Below, piece after piece: positions 25,830-37,992 of a DNA stretch of 64,000 bases. Position numbers and translations under genes: made by a program. The DNA lies in the NCBI GenBank assembly GCA_951406725.2, contig OX597824.1:46128001-46192000 (forward strand), read 5' to 3'. Within the stretch, counting starts at the first letter, position 1. Every line of letters starts with the position of its first letter. Under the pieces are notes generated by a model. That model did no database searches, was not told the origin of the DNA, and saw only the letters and a program-made list of their open reading frames with translations. Source of the stretch: Octopus vulgaris (Eukaryota).

Positions 25830-26713
25830 CGAGGTTTGTTTGAAAAGTAACAGGACTGGGTGTGCTGTGAGCTATGAGCGAAAGAGGGATAAGTAGATTG
25901 TGTTATCATCTAACATGATATCAAGGGAGTATATAACTGTAATCTTAGCTTTCTGCAACCATTGAATATTTTTCACATGCTTTTGTTTACACCTCTTTTT
26001 CAGGTTGTTCAGCTATGAGCATTGAGAAAGGAACAATGAACACCTAGCAACAAATAAACCTGAAATTTTAGGTCCAGTAGGGGAAAACTCCATCACAAGC
26101 ACTTGAAATGCTTCAGCAAGAATATGGAGATAACACAATGTTGTGCACACGTTTTGAGTGGCACAAAAGGTTCAAAGAGAGGTGTGAGAAGGTGGAAGAT
26201 GACTCCAGGAGCAGGAAGCTTTCAACAAAAGGACAGGTCAACATTGAATAGTCAATCAGCAAGTCTACAACGAGATCCTGTGGCATTTGCTTTGCTCAGT
26301 GTGCAAGAAATGAGAGTTGTGGTGGGATGAATTGTGGCTGCTTCACCACAACAATGCACCTGCTCACAGCGCCCTGAGCATCTGGCAGTTCCTGGCCAAA
26401 AAGAACATTGCTGTACTGGAGTAACCACCCTATTCATCTGATCTTACTCCACATGACTTTTTATCTTTTCTCCAAGCTCAAGGGAATCATCAAGCGAATC
26501 AATTTTGTAAGCGTGAAAACCACGTGTAACAATGGAGCTGAGGGGCATTCCAGATGAATCCTTCCAGCAGCGCACAGATGTATGGCAGAGAAGGATGGAA
26601 AAGTGCATTAGACTTAAGGGGGAAACTTCAAAGGGGAAACGATGTAGTTTGTTGCTTGAAATTGAAATAAACTGTTTGTGACACCAGTCCAGTTACTTTT
26701 CAGACAGACCTCA
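25830..26713 (+). mobile_element. Internally deleted mariner element
   Basis: TIRs CGAGGTTTGTTTGAAAAGTAAC / GTTACTTTTCAGACAGACCTCA flanked by TA. Peptide remnants FEWHKRFK, LLHHNNAPAHSAL, PPYSSDL. Confidence 0.85.
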
Positions 26714-27116
26714 TATATGTATGTTGGCACTGTTTTCCAACATCTCTTGAGTCATTCCCATCCACTCATCTATAATGTGAGTTGCAATATAGCTCTTCTG
26801 CAGAAAGAAACTGGTTCTGTTCTGGCCTCTTCTCTCACACTTTAACCTTTCATCTTCTAGATTAAAGCTGCCTTCCTCTCAACTGTAGCTCTACTTAGTC
26901 AAAAGGGATCCTCTTTTTTCAGGCTGCACAGAGACCTCATTACTGTTGGTACCACAAAAAAGCACCCAGTACATGCAATAAAGCAGTTAGTATTAGGAAG
27001 CTCACTCAGTTGTAGAAGCTATGCCAAAATAGAATAATGGACCTAATGTATCCCGTCAAATAATTCGTCATGCCAGCATGAAACATGAACATTAACTGAA
27101 CATGATGATGATGATG

Positions 27117-27148
<32 letters not shown>

Positions 27149-27343
27149 ATACATATACAGAAATATTAATATTTCTAAATCTCTCTAAAGGAGACTATGG
27201 CAGTCAGGGAAAATAGGACGAATGCTGCTGTTGATTAGCTCCAAGAGACCATCGCCTCTAGCTAGCTATGTGACACACAAACCTATGTCCATTATAACCT
27301 ACGAACAGGGGAGGTCAGCAGCTTCCCCTTGCTGGTTCAACAA

Positions 27344-27384
27344 CCACAGACTAGTTTCGGAGTGATTGCCCTTTCTCAATGTAG
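27344..27384 (-). ncRNA. Inverted second copy of the U3-A8 hammerhead (weakened stem II)
   Basis: Reverse complement reads CTACA-TTGAGAA-AGGG CAATCA CTCC-GAAA-CTAG-TC-TGTGG, with an A.C mismatch at 10.1/11.1. Confidence 0.65.
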
Positions 27385-27584
27385 AGTAGCTGAACCCAGC
27401 AGGCATCACTGCTGACTGTCTGTTCGAAGGTTTATTTACCTATATTCAGTGGATAGTCTCCTATAGAGAGATTTAAAAATATTAATATTTCTATTTTTGA
27501 AAACCAGTGGATGTGTTCCACTGAATATAGGTAAATAAACCTTCAAATAGACAGTCAGCAGCAATGCCTGCTGGGTTCAGCTAC

Positions 27585-27627
27585 TCCACATTGAGAAGGG
27601 GCAATCACCCCGAAACTAGTCTGTGGA
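27585..27627 (+). ncRNA. Apparently intact minimal type I hammerhead, U3-A8 core variant
   Basis: TCCACA-TTGAGAA-GGGG CAATCA CCCC-GAAA-CTAG-TC-TGTGGA. Stem I has 6 bp, stem II has 4 G-C pairs, stem III is palindromic (ACTAGT). Predicted cleavage is after the GUC at 27621. Confidence 0.8.
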
Positions 27628-28525
27628 TGTTGAACCAGCAAGGGGAAGCTGCTGACCTTCTCTGTTCAAAGGTTGTAGTGGACACAGGTTTGTGTGTCAC
27701 ATAGCTAGCTAGAGGCAATGGCCTCTTGGAGCTAATCAATGGCAGCATTCGTCCTATTTTCCTAGATTGCCATGTTAGCTTGGCGATAACTATTAATATC
27801 CAGTACTGCTGCCGTAGTCTCCTTTAGAGAGATTTAGAAATATTAATATTTCTATTTTTGAAAACAAGTGGATGTGTTCCACTAAATAAACCTTCGAACA
27901 GACAGTCAGCTTGGCGATAACTATTAGTATATGTGTGTGTGTGTGAAGGAGTATATGGGAGTGAATATGTGTGAACAAAACTGGAGAGTTTGTTCCTTAA
28001 TTGTTTAATTGTCTTACATGTGTTTCAGTGAAGATAATGTCTACATTATGCAACCCATGCTTGAATTACATAATTTGGCCTTAATCTTCACTGAAAAATG
28101 AGTGATGGCATAATTAAGTAATCTATGAAGCACCTCTCCAGTTGAAATTTTTTCCTCTATATATACTCTGCAACCTTTATCATTATGGGGACCAGTGAAA
28201 GGAAATTTGGACTATATGAATCTGCATTGCAGTTTTCTCTTTTAACATAAAGGAATACACATGAAATTTTAAATATTGGTTATCATTATTTTGATATCCA
28301 CTTTTCCATGCCTGCATTGAGAATTTGAGGCAGATTTTCTGTAGCTGGATGCCCTTCCTGTCACCAACTTTCACCTGCTTCCAAGTAAAGTAATATTTCC
28401 CCATGACTAGACAGGCTTTCATGGGAGACTGGAAATGAAGGACACTACTTACATGATGGTGACAGTCCTTTACAACTATTACATGAAGTCAAGGCAAGAA
28501 GACTATAACACACATACACATATAT

Positions 28526-29027
28526 ATTACATGGGAAAATGCGAGCATGCAAAGTAATACTCTTAAGATTACAAACCTGGAAAAGTACAGAACAAGTTAA
28601 TACAGCCGTATAAGTATAGGACAAGCTATTACTTCTAGTAAAGTAAAGAATAAGAAACTTTTTACTTAAAATACCAGTTCTTCTAATTTATCACTCTTTA
28701 CAGTTCTCATCTCTTAAATTTATTGTACAAAACTGTTCAGCTAATTTGTAACTTTGTCTAATTAGTCACTTTTTTCTGTATTTAAGGTAGTAAATTAGCC
28801 AAATTCTACTTAAATAAGTATAGTGTTATTTGTAAACTATAATAAAATAAGTTTTAATACTCAAATTTTAATTTTAGCTGCAATATTTTAAGTAAAAAGT
28901 TTCTTATTCTTAACTTTACTAGAATAGCTTGTCCTATACTTTTACAGGGGTAATAACTTATCCTGTACTTTTCCAGGTTTATAATCTTAAGAATATTACT
29001 TTTTGTGCTCGCATTTTACCACATAAT
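28526..29027. mobile_element. Foldback/MITE-like element with about 145-bp inverted arms
   Basis: 28526-28673 is the approximate reverse complement of 28884-29027. Confidence 0.8.
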
Positions 29028-30774
29028 CCATAATTTTTCCAGGTATTGCTGTTATAAGATAATTAATAATGTGTCAATTAATAATTTAAGATTTTACCTT
29101 ATAAAATACTGAAAGATAACATTTCAATTTTTCCATGTAAGTGATGATGATATTTCAATTTTTTTCATGTGTAATTTAAATACATGTTGTGATCAAATTA
29201 TTTGATATTACCCATCCACACCAAATTAAGAGAAGGGATTTTTACCATGTTGTTGGTTACACCATGGCTCACCAAAAGTTACAAACAAGACCTCAAAACC
29301 ATCAGTTACCAGGCTCACCTTAAGTAACCTAATTTTGCAATATTAGGCGGTCACAGGAATACATTCAACTAAAAAAAAAAAAAATTTCCAATGATTCCTG
29401 GATTGGGGGGAACCCTCCACATCATTTTTTCCGAACCAAAATAAGGGATTTGCAGCATATTAGGTGGTCAGAGTACTTGATGCAAAAAATCAAATTTTTT
29501 TGTTTTTTTCTTAGTAAAAATCGTGCGGGTGTTAATATAGAAATTTACCATAATGTTGTTTTATTTAGCCTCAAATCAACCCAGATACTGCAAACCTATC
29601 ATCAAAGACATTCCAGCCTTCAGCAAATCATCTTTTTAGGGATAATCTAGGATATTACATACAATGGGTGTGTGAATTAGGTAGAGGGATACTTTGGCTG
29701 CTATTCTTAGCATGTCAAGCAACCAGGTAGAGGCTCTTATATATGTAATATGTATATATATCATCGGCAGAAGTTAGAAAGTAGGTCAAAAGCCTTCATG
29801 TATTGGCACTTATCAAACACAAATTTGTCCATTGTTACTCTGTAACTTCTGACGAAATAACTTCTAAAATACAAAATTTTGTCAAAAATGTTAAAAGTAA
29901 ACCCTGTTCTAAGTGACACATTCTACCAGTATCGGAAGTTTGAAAGCATTTAGTTAAAAAAAATTAATCAAATAATCTGTATGTCAAAGTCAACCTCGGC
30001 GAAATTTGAACTCAAAACTCAAAGACAGACCAAATACCGCTACACATTTCACCTAGCACGCTCGCTGCATTTCTGCAAGCTTGCTGGCTTAGAATGTAAA
30101 GAAATATATTCTTTATTCTTATTGCCTAGGCGTTACTTCTTACTTCCTCACTTACTGACATTAAATTTCGTAACATTTTACCTCATAACTGTTTTTTCTA
30201 CTAATTTTTGTTCAATGTGACTAACGATTCTGAAATCCTCATGCATTTTTCTATCATTTAAGCCTAAGAAAAATATACTTTTAATTTAAAATTAAAAAAT
30301 TTATGTTAATTGAAGATGAATATCTGCCTAACTGCTCACTTAAGGTCTGACATATTTTGATGTAACTTTTTTTCTACTGAACCAAATCTCAAACTATTTA
30401 TGCCAAAGAGTAGCTGAAGAGGTGCAATTTATTTGAGAACTGAATTAGTGGTGAAGCTTGGAAGCTGCTGCAATTGACGAAATGGTGGACTTCAGAATAT
30501 ATTCAACCACTACCGTGGTTGACTGATTTATACACACAATAGGCTTTTTTCAGTTTCTGTCTACCAAAACTAATTGCAAAGCTTTAGCTGGCCTGGGCTT
30601 ATAGTAAAAAGACATTGCCCACGGTACCACACAGTAAGACTGAACCAAAGACTATGTGTTTGGGTAGCAGACTTCTCACCACATAGCCATGCAAGAGCCT
30701 ATATGTCAGGTAATTTAAATCACCTATACACTTATAACTATCTATTTACAAGTTTACATGTGAGATATACTTAC

Positions 30775-30860
30775 GTAGGCTGTATAGAAATCTTTCTTTA
30801 GTTGGAAGTATTTCCTCCATTTGTTAACTGTTTCAGCATCTAAACTGGAAAGAGTATCAT
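30775..30860 (-). CDS. BROX: BROX coding exon 7
   Basis: TTTCAG| (D)DTLSSLDAETVNKWRKYFQLKKDFYTAY |GTAAGT; 86 nt. Confidence 0.95.
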
Positions 30861-31282
30861 CTGAAAATAATTACATGAAGATATTAATTAAAAACATATT
30901 TGTAATAGATAGAATAATTTCTTGCATGGACACAAGAACATGGTCAGAAATATTATGGGTAGAATTAGTCAATCATATTGATTACAATATTTGACTGGTG
31001 CTAAGACAGTGAGCTGGCAGAAGCATTACTGTGCCAGGCAAAGTGCTTAATGACATTTCATCCATCTTTACGTTCAAATTCTGTCAAGGTTTACTTTGCC
31101 TTTCATCATTTCAGGGTACATAAAATAAGCACAAGTTGAGCATCGGGGTTGATGTAATCAACTTAACCCAACTCCCAAAATTGCTGGCCTTGTGCCAAAA
31201 TTTGAAATCAATATTTGATTAGTACTTTATTTTATCAACCCCAAAGGAAATAATAAAAGTAAAATGCTTCTCCTTTATTTAT

Positions 31283-31680
31283 CTTTGGTGACTGTAGCAT
31301 TGACCAGAGGGAATTGATGTCATCAGATAGTGTCCAGTGATCATTAGGTATTCTGACCCTGAACCAAAGTACCATTCCATTGATTAGTTTTTAGTGAGAG
31401 TTTTTCCCTGCTCAGTCACTACGGAGAATGCTTACAGCCAATGAAATTAGAGTGAGCAAGAGAGAACAAGGTAGCTATGTGTAGGCTGGGAGAGAAGCAG
31501 AAAGAGTCTTTTGGTGATTGTAAAACTGGAAATGAGGAAGAGAAAAGGAGCAGTAATTTGGTCCCACTGTCATCCCATCAATAGGAGGGTGTTAGAATTT
31601 AAGGCTGAAGCAATACAATAATCATTGGACACCCTCTGATGACATCAATTTCTCCAGCTCAAAGCTACATTCACAATAGG
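31283..31680. mobile_element. MITE-like element with about 65-bp TIRs
   Basis: GAATTGATGTCATCAGATAGTGTCCAGTGAT versus ATCATTGGACACCCTCTGATGACATCAATTT. Confidence 0.65.
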
Positions 31681-32859
31681 TGAATGTAGCTCAAAGCTTT
31701 AAAATGTAGTCAATCTAATAATAATAATGCTTTCACATTTTGGCACAAGGCCAGCAATTTTGAAGGAGCGATAAGTCAATTACATCAACCCTAGTATTCA
31801 ACCAGTACTTATTTTACTGATGAAAGGTAAAGTCCGCTTTGGTAGAATTTGAATTCAGGACGTAATGATCGATGAAATGCTGCTGAGCATTTTGCTTGGC
31901 GTGCTAACAATTCTGCCAGCTTGCTAGTAGTAGTAGCAGTAGTAATAATAATCTTTTCTACTAAAGGCACAAGGCCTGATATGTTGGAAGAGGGGACAAG
32001 TTGACCCCAGTGTTTCACTGGTACTTAATTTATTGACCCTGATAGGATGACAGGCATCATCATCATCACCACCCTGTTAGACATCGAAAACACCAATCTG
32101 AAACAGGAAAGAGAAAGTGACCTACTGCCAGGTACTTAAACCATCCACCTATCACTTTCTAGGCAACTGTATTACCAATTAAAGTCAACCTCAGTGGAAT
32201 TTGAACTCAGAACATAAAGATGGATGAAATGCTGTTAAGCATTTTGCCCAGCATGCTAATGATTCTACCAGCTCACCGCCTTTTACAAAATAATAGTCCT
32301 TTCTATAATTGGCCCCAGTGTGTGACTGGTACATATTTTATCGACCCCCAAAAGGATGACAGGCAAAGTCAACCTCAATGGAATTTGAACTCAGAAGAGA
32401 CATGGATGAAATGCTGTTAAGCATTTTGCCCAGCATGCTAACAATTCTGCTAGCTTGCCACCTTTTATAAAACTGTAGTAATGAAGCATAATCAAGTATT
32501 GAATTAAAACTCAGAATGCCATCATCATCATCTTCGTTTACTTTTTCCTTAAAGTTGGTTCTATAGTTACAGCTGAGTATTAAAATTCTAGCTACGATTG
32601 CTCTCACATCAGGCCTAATAATAAGTTAATAAAGGAAATCTTCAGAAAATATTCATAAATCATTTCAATGTTATGATACAAGGAAGTCTCATGCATCTGA
32701 GACAACATTTTTCAACAAGTGTTAGTTAATCATAACAGGAAAATAAAAACTAAAAAAAAAAATATTATTTTCATACATCCTCATAACTGAAATACAAAAA
32801 GAAATTAATTATAAGGATTAACTGTAATTACATGGAATTATGTGGAAAATTATACATAC

Positions 32860-32949
32860 CAGCTTTTGTGTAGAGCTGTGCAGTTTCATATGTTAATGCA
32901 GCAATTAAACTGGCACTATGTTTAAGTTCAATAGCTCGTGCTGTGGTCA
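32860..32949 (-). CDS. BROX: BROX coding exon 6
   Basis: TTACAG| (V)TTARAIELKHSASLIAALTYETAQLYTKA |GTATGT; 90 nt. Confidence 0.95.
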
Positions 32950-33749
32950 CTGTAAGAAGATGATAAACATATGGATGTGTATATATTACCATCAATACCA
33001 TAATATTTATATATATGCACACACACACACACACACGTGTTGCTTAATATCAGAAGAATGAAAAAGGAGTACTCAAAACATATCCTTGTAGAGGATATGG
33101 ATTTTTAAAATTAAAATTGAAGCAGAGAATTTGTCTTGTGACATGAGTTTCATGCCATTGCAATCTTCAGGAAAAACTATTATAACTTCGTTGGTAGTGC
33201 ATGTGTATATATGTATGTGTGTATACATATATCCAATTTCCCATGCTTGCATGAGGTCGTTGCAATCTATTAAGGCAAATTCACCAACCCTCATGTCTGT
33301 CCTGACATACTTTCATGGACGACTGGAAAGAAAAGACATTACTTGTATGACAGTAATGCTTGTTTATAACAACCACATGATGTCAAGATAAGAAAGCACT
33401 AACAGACATCCACAGCTATGCACACACACATGTATACAGCCATCTTTCAGTTTCCAGCTACAAAATCCACTCATAAGACTTTCATCGGTTTGGGGCTATA
33501 GTACAAAACACTTGCCCAAGGTACCAAACAATTAGACTAAATTCAAGATTATATGGTTGGGAAGCAAACTCTTCAACCACACACTCACACCTGCACACAT
33601 ATCATCATCATCATCATCATTTAACATCCATTGGACAGTTTAACAGGAGCTGGCAAGCTAGAAGATTGTGCCAGATTTCACTGTGTTTTGGCAAGGTATT
33701 TATAGCTGAGTGTTCTTCCTAATGCCAATCACCTTACAGAGTGGACAAT

Positions 33750-34618
33750 GGTCTGATCAATAAGTATCTGGACTGTTGAGATAGTAACAAAGCTCAAGCA
33801 CAGAGAGTGAAGCCACTTGGCATAGACTGACCTTGAACATTACTGTGCATGTGCACTAAGTTTTAACATTCTAGCTCGCTTCCGCTGTTTACAGCAGTGC
33901 TTGGAAGGAAGGTGTGTAGTGTGTGATCGTCACATTAACTGTAACAGAAGAAGTTGAGCAGAAAATCTGCATCAAATTTTGCCAAAAGTCTGGCAATATC
34001 TAATCAGTTTTCAAAAGGTTTTCATCGTTTTCAACACAATCAAGGAGATCTTGTGCAACTGAAACTTGAGTGTCTTTTTGGTCAGCTGAAAGCAGTTTTG
34101 GCACAAACTTGGCAGACATGCATCTCATACCCAAATCTTTAGTGATAATGAACTGAACCATAACTAATCTGCACATCGTCTGATAAATCACAGTTGGTAA
34201 TTTGACAATTTCCCCTCACAGTTGCATGCACATCTGTGATGTTTTTCTCAGTTCTGTTGGTTGTGGATCTCCCATAACATTTGTCAATATTGATATTTTT
34301 TCAGCATCTTGGAAACGTCTGAACCACTCGTACACTTGTGTGCAGCTCATACACTCCTCTCCATACACTTTCTGCAACTTTGCGTAGGCCTCTGAGCAGG
34401 TATCACCATGACAACTTTGTCTGTCATAGTCAATGTGACAATCACATGCTACACACTTTCCTTCCAAGCACTCCTGTAAACAGTGGCAGTTAGCTAGAAT
34501 TTTAAAACTTAGTGTGCAGCACAGCAGAGTTCAAGGTCACTCTGTGCCATGTGGCTTGACTGCATGTTTTAGCTTCATTACCATGACAATAGACTGGATA
34601 CTTACTGATCAGACCTCA
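33750..34618 (-). mobile_element. Mariner remnant with long inverted 5' ends
   Basis: GGTCTGATCAATAAGTATC / GATACTTACTGATCAGACC. Minus-strand peptides LQKVYGEECMSCTQVYEWFRRF and LGMRCMSAKFVPKLLSADQK. Confidence 0.85.
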
Positions 34619-34627
34619 TATATATAA

Positions 34628-34685
<58 letters not shown>

Positions 34686-34891
34686 ATATAAAGTATAATT
34701 CTATAATATAAATATACATTATACATACATACACACACACACACACATATATACAAATGCAAAAGTAAGTTGAAGGAAATTTGAAATAAGGACATTAAGA
34801 TTGATACAAGAACCATAAACCTCACAGAGTGTTGCTCTTAAAAATATACAATTTTCTTTTTCTTTTGTAAATAAACATTTGAATTTGTTAC

Positions 34892-34994
34892 CTTCTTGAG
34901 CTTCGGCAGTAGATTGGTAAATGAAAGCATCAAGAACACGAACATCCAAATCAGTACCACTATCAATGTCTACAAGTCTTGCACACAAGTCATT
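34892..34994 (-). CDS. BROX: BROX coding exon 5
   Basis: TCAAAG| NDLCARLVDIDSGTDLDVRVLDAFIYQSTAEAQE |GTAACA; 103 nt. Confidence 0.93.
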
Positions 34995-35987
34995 CTTTGA
35001 AGAAAAGAAAAGTTCATTATTCAGTAGATGAAGGGATAAAATATATAAGGAACATTTGTAAATGATAGCTAATTTTAAGCTGGTTTTATAGAAATGTAAT
35101 TAGGATTTTTTTTTAAAGCCTGGTACTTACAAGGGCATGCTGAAAAGTTCCTGACTTTAAGGGTATTGCAAGGCCTGGTTGGAAGCCCAACCTTCCGAGT
35201 TCTTTTACAGGGCTTAGAAAAACTGAATACAATAAATATGTGAATCTGAGAGGGGAATATGTTTAATAAAATCATAATTAACTGATCCTCCTCTATTTTT
35301 TTTATCCAAAGTCAGGAACTTTTCAGCACTCCCTCATTTTCTACCAGTCTTTTTTTGCTTGAACTGCTAAGATACAGGGATGTAAACACATCAATACCAG
35401 CAGTCAAGTGATGGTGGGGTACAGACACACACACATATATACAACAGGCTCCTTCTGTCTACCAAATCCACTCACAAGGCTTTCAGAATATATATTTTCC
35501 TTCTTGTCAAATAAACATTATAAGAATCTCCTTTTATTTTTGCTGAACTATTGGGATGATCTCCATCCTGAGATGAAATCAGCAAACTATATCCAACAAA
35601 TGAAGAAATGAATAACTAACTAAAACACGTACCTATTATGAAAGATAACCATGCAATTTAAACATTAACTTTAAAATCACCAAAAGAAAATGAATTAATT
35701 AAAGAAACAAGAATAAAATGTTATTCCAGATCCTTTTTCTTCACTTGGTTAAATCATTGTGAGAGATCTCTATGTGATTGGTCAACCTGCTAAAAATAGC
35801 AATCAAATCTCTCCCAAATCATATTCTGTTTTAAACACACTCATAAGATATTGTACTCCTAGACACTAGCATGTCTAAAATGTGATAGTCACAGTTGGAA
35901 TGCCTTTGGTCCTAGGTCTGCTGTATCAGGGCATGTCTTAGACTAAGCAAAAACCATTGTGAGTTTTGCAGTTGAAAGAACACTTAC

Positions 35988-36060
35988 CTTCACATATGTA
36001 AACATGCCAGCAGCAATACGAAGACATCTATGAACTTCCTTTGCTTCATCCATGTCCACA
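35988..36060 (-). CDS. BROX: BROX coding exon 4
   Basis: TTGCAG| VDMDEAKEVHRCLRIAAGMFTYVK |GTAAGT; 73 nt. Confidence 0.95.
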
Positions 36061-36367
36061 CTGCAACATAAGACAGAACATCGTAAGTAAACAAACACAA
36101 CAAATGCAGTTTTAATGTGAAGGATTTCTTTAATTACTTAGAAACACCTTTGATTGCAAACATTTAAAAAGTGCTTTATAACCTTTCTTACTTCAGTTCT
36201 CACTGAAAAATCATCATCATTTAATATTTATTTTCCATGCAGGTATGGGCTGGACAACTTGACAGGAGCTGATAAGGCCAGGGACCACACTAAGTTCCAT
36301 AGTCGTTTTTGGTTTGGTTTCTACAGATGGATGCCCTTCCTAATGTAAACCATTTTACATTGTACCA

Positions 36368-36745
36368 AGTGCTTTTTATGTGGCACCGTCACCAGTGCAT
36401 CTTATGTGACACCATCACCAGTGCTTTTCATGTGGCACCATCACCAGTGCTTTTTATGTGGTACCAGCACCAGTACTTTTTACATGGCATCAGCACCAGT
36501 GCTTTTAATGTTGTACCTGCATCAGTGATTTTAACATGGTACCAGCACCAGTGATTTTAATGTGGCATCAGCACCAGTTCTTTTAATGTGGAACCAGTAC
36601 CAGTGCTTTTTATGTGACACCAGCACTTTTTATGTGGTACTAACACCAGTGCATTTTACATGGAATTAGCATCAGTGCTTTTTACGTGGCACCAGCATCA
36701 GTGCTTTTTACGTGGCACCAGCATCAGTGCTTTTCACATGGCACC
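36368..36745. repeat. Minisatellite with an approximately 26-bp unit (about 15 copies)
   Basis: Unit GTGCTTTTTACGTGGCACCAGCATCA, with variants. Confidence 0.9.
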
Positions 36746-37450
36746 TTGGTTTGTACAGTATTAAAATATAGCAAGAACATTTACAGATATTCTGAATGCT
36801 AGCAAACAGCCATATACAAAAAGGCAACATAGGATGAAGACACACACATGTACATACATACTCACACACACACACAGGGTGGAGTGATTGTGCATGTATT
36901 CACTTTATGAATATTTGAGTCTTGAGTTCACAAACAAGAGGGAAAAAGTAGTCAGTGCAAAAGTAGAGAGGAAATATTTATTATAGTACTGACATTACTT
37001 TCTGTCACTATCCACAGTATCATGTATGCTGCTATTCATTAGCATAGTTGAAACTGAGTGTAACAGAGAGTAGTCTCAGGTCTACAAAATGTGTGTGTAT
37101 GTATGTATACACACACATATATATGCATGTACAGGGGAGTGCTAAAAAATTCCTCACTTTGGATAAAAGAAAATACAGGAGGATCACTTAATTATGATTT
37201 TATTCAACATATCCCCCTCTCAGATTCACACACTTATCTGTCCAGTGCTGACCTCTGTCAGATTCCCAGATATGTTTCTAGCTCTTTAGCCATTATCAAT
37301 GGGAAATAATGAAGAGAAGTAACTATGGGCATGCATGCACACACACATTCACACACATCATCCCTTTGTGTGTGTATGTCTATGGATTAAATAATTCAAG
37401 CATTCAAGAAAGAGAGAGGAATTAATAAGAACACCAAAAGTTTGACTTAC

Positions 37451-37546
37451 TTATCACGGGCTGCCAACTTTGCAGCATGTTTGGTAAACCAGAGAGCAAC
37501 ATTGACAACCATTGAAGCATGTTCGAAAATTGCATCTTTCTGTACT
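37451..37546 (-). CDS. BROX: BROX coding exon 3
   Basis: TTTCAG| VQKDAIFEHASMVVNVALWFTKHAAKLAARD |GTAAGT; 96 nt. Confidence 0.95.
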
Positions 37547-37685
37547 CTGAAAAAATTCAAACAATGTAAACTATGAAATTAAATTATTTTGAGCATATGT
37601 ATGTGTTCGAATGTCAGCTTCTGTATGTGTGTACTTGCGTGTGTAGAGGTGGGTGTACAAGAATTAATGTACATGGGATTGGTGG

Positions 37686-37992
37686 CACGGTGGCACGTAA
37701 AAAGCACCATCCGATTGTGGCCGTTGCCAGCCTGGCCTGGCCTCTGTGCCGGTGGCACGTAAAAAGCACTATCCGACCGTGGCTGTTTGCCAGCCTCGTC
37801 TGGCATCTGTGCCGGTGGCACGTAAAAAGCACCCACTACACTCATGGAGTGGTTGGTGTTAGGAAGGGCATCCAGCCATAGAAACATTGCCAGATCAGAC
37901 TGGGCCTGGTGCAGCCTTCTGGCTTCCCAGACCCCAGTTGCACCGTCCAACCCATGCCAGCATGGAAAGCGGACACTAAACGATGATGATAA
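37686..37992 (+). mobile_element. SINE-like element, little CpG decay
   Basis: Three GTGGCACGTAAAAAGCAC subrepeats, the AGGAAGGGCATCCAGC core and a (GAT)n tail. Inverted relative at about 49430-49632; same-orientation relatives at 21545-21850 and 51790-52170. Confidence 0.8.

Larger units (their letters stand above)
27159..27926. mobile_element. Nested inverted/direct-repeat cassette carrying two hammerheads (Penelope pLTR-like, non-autonomous)
   Basis: 257-bp arms at 27197-27453 and 27517-27773. The spacer 27454-27520 recurs directly at about 27815-27881 and partly, inverted, at 27159-27197. Flanked by TA/CA microsatellites. Confidence 0.75.

Noticed and set aside
31630-31680. CTGATGA as a hammerhead core
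   Set aside because: No downstream stem II or GAAA; it is part of a TIR.
36368-36745. CRISPR-like array
   Set aside because: The units are head-to-tail with no unique spacers, there are no cas genes, and the context is eukaryotic. It is a minisatellite.
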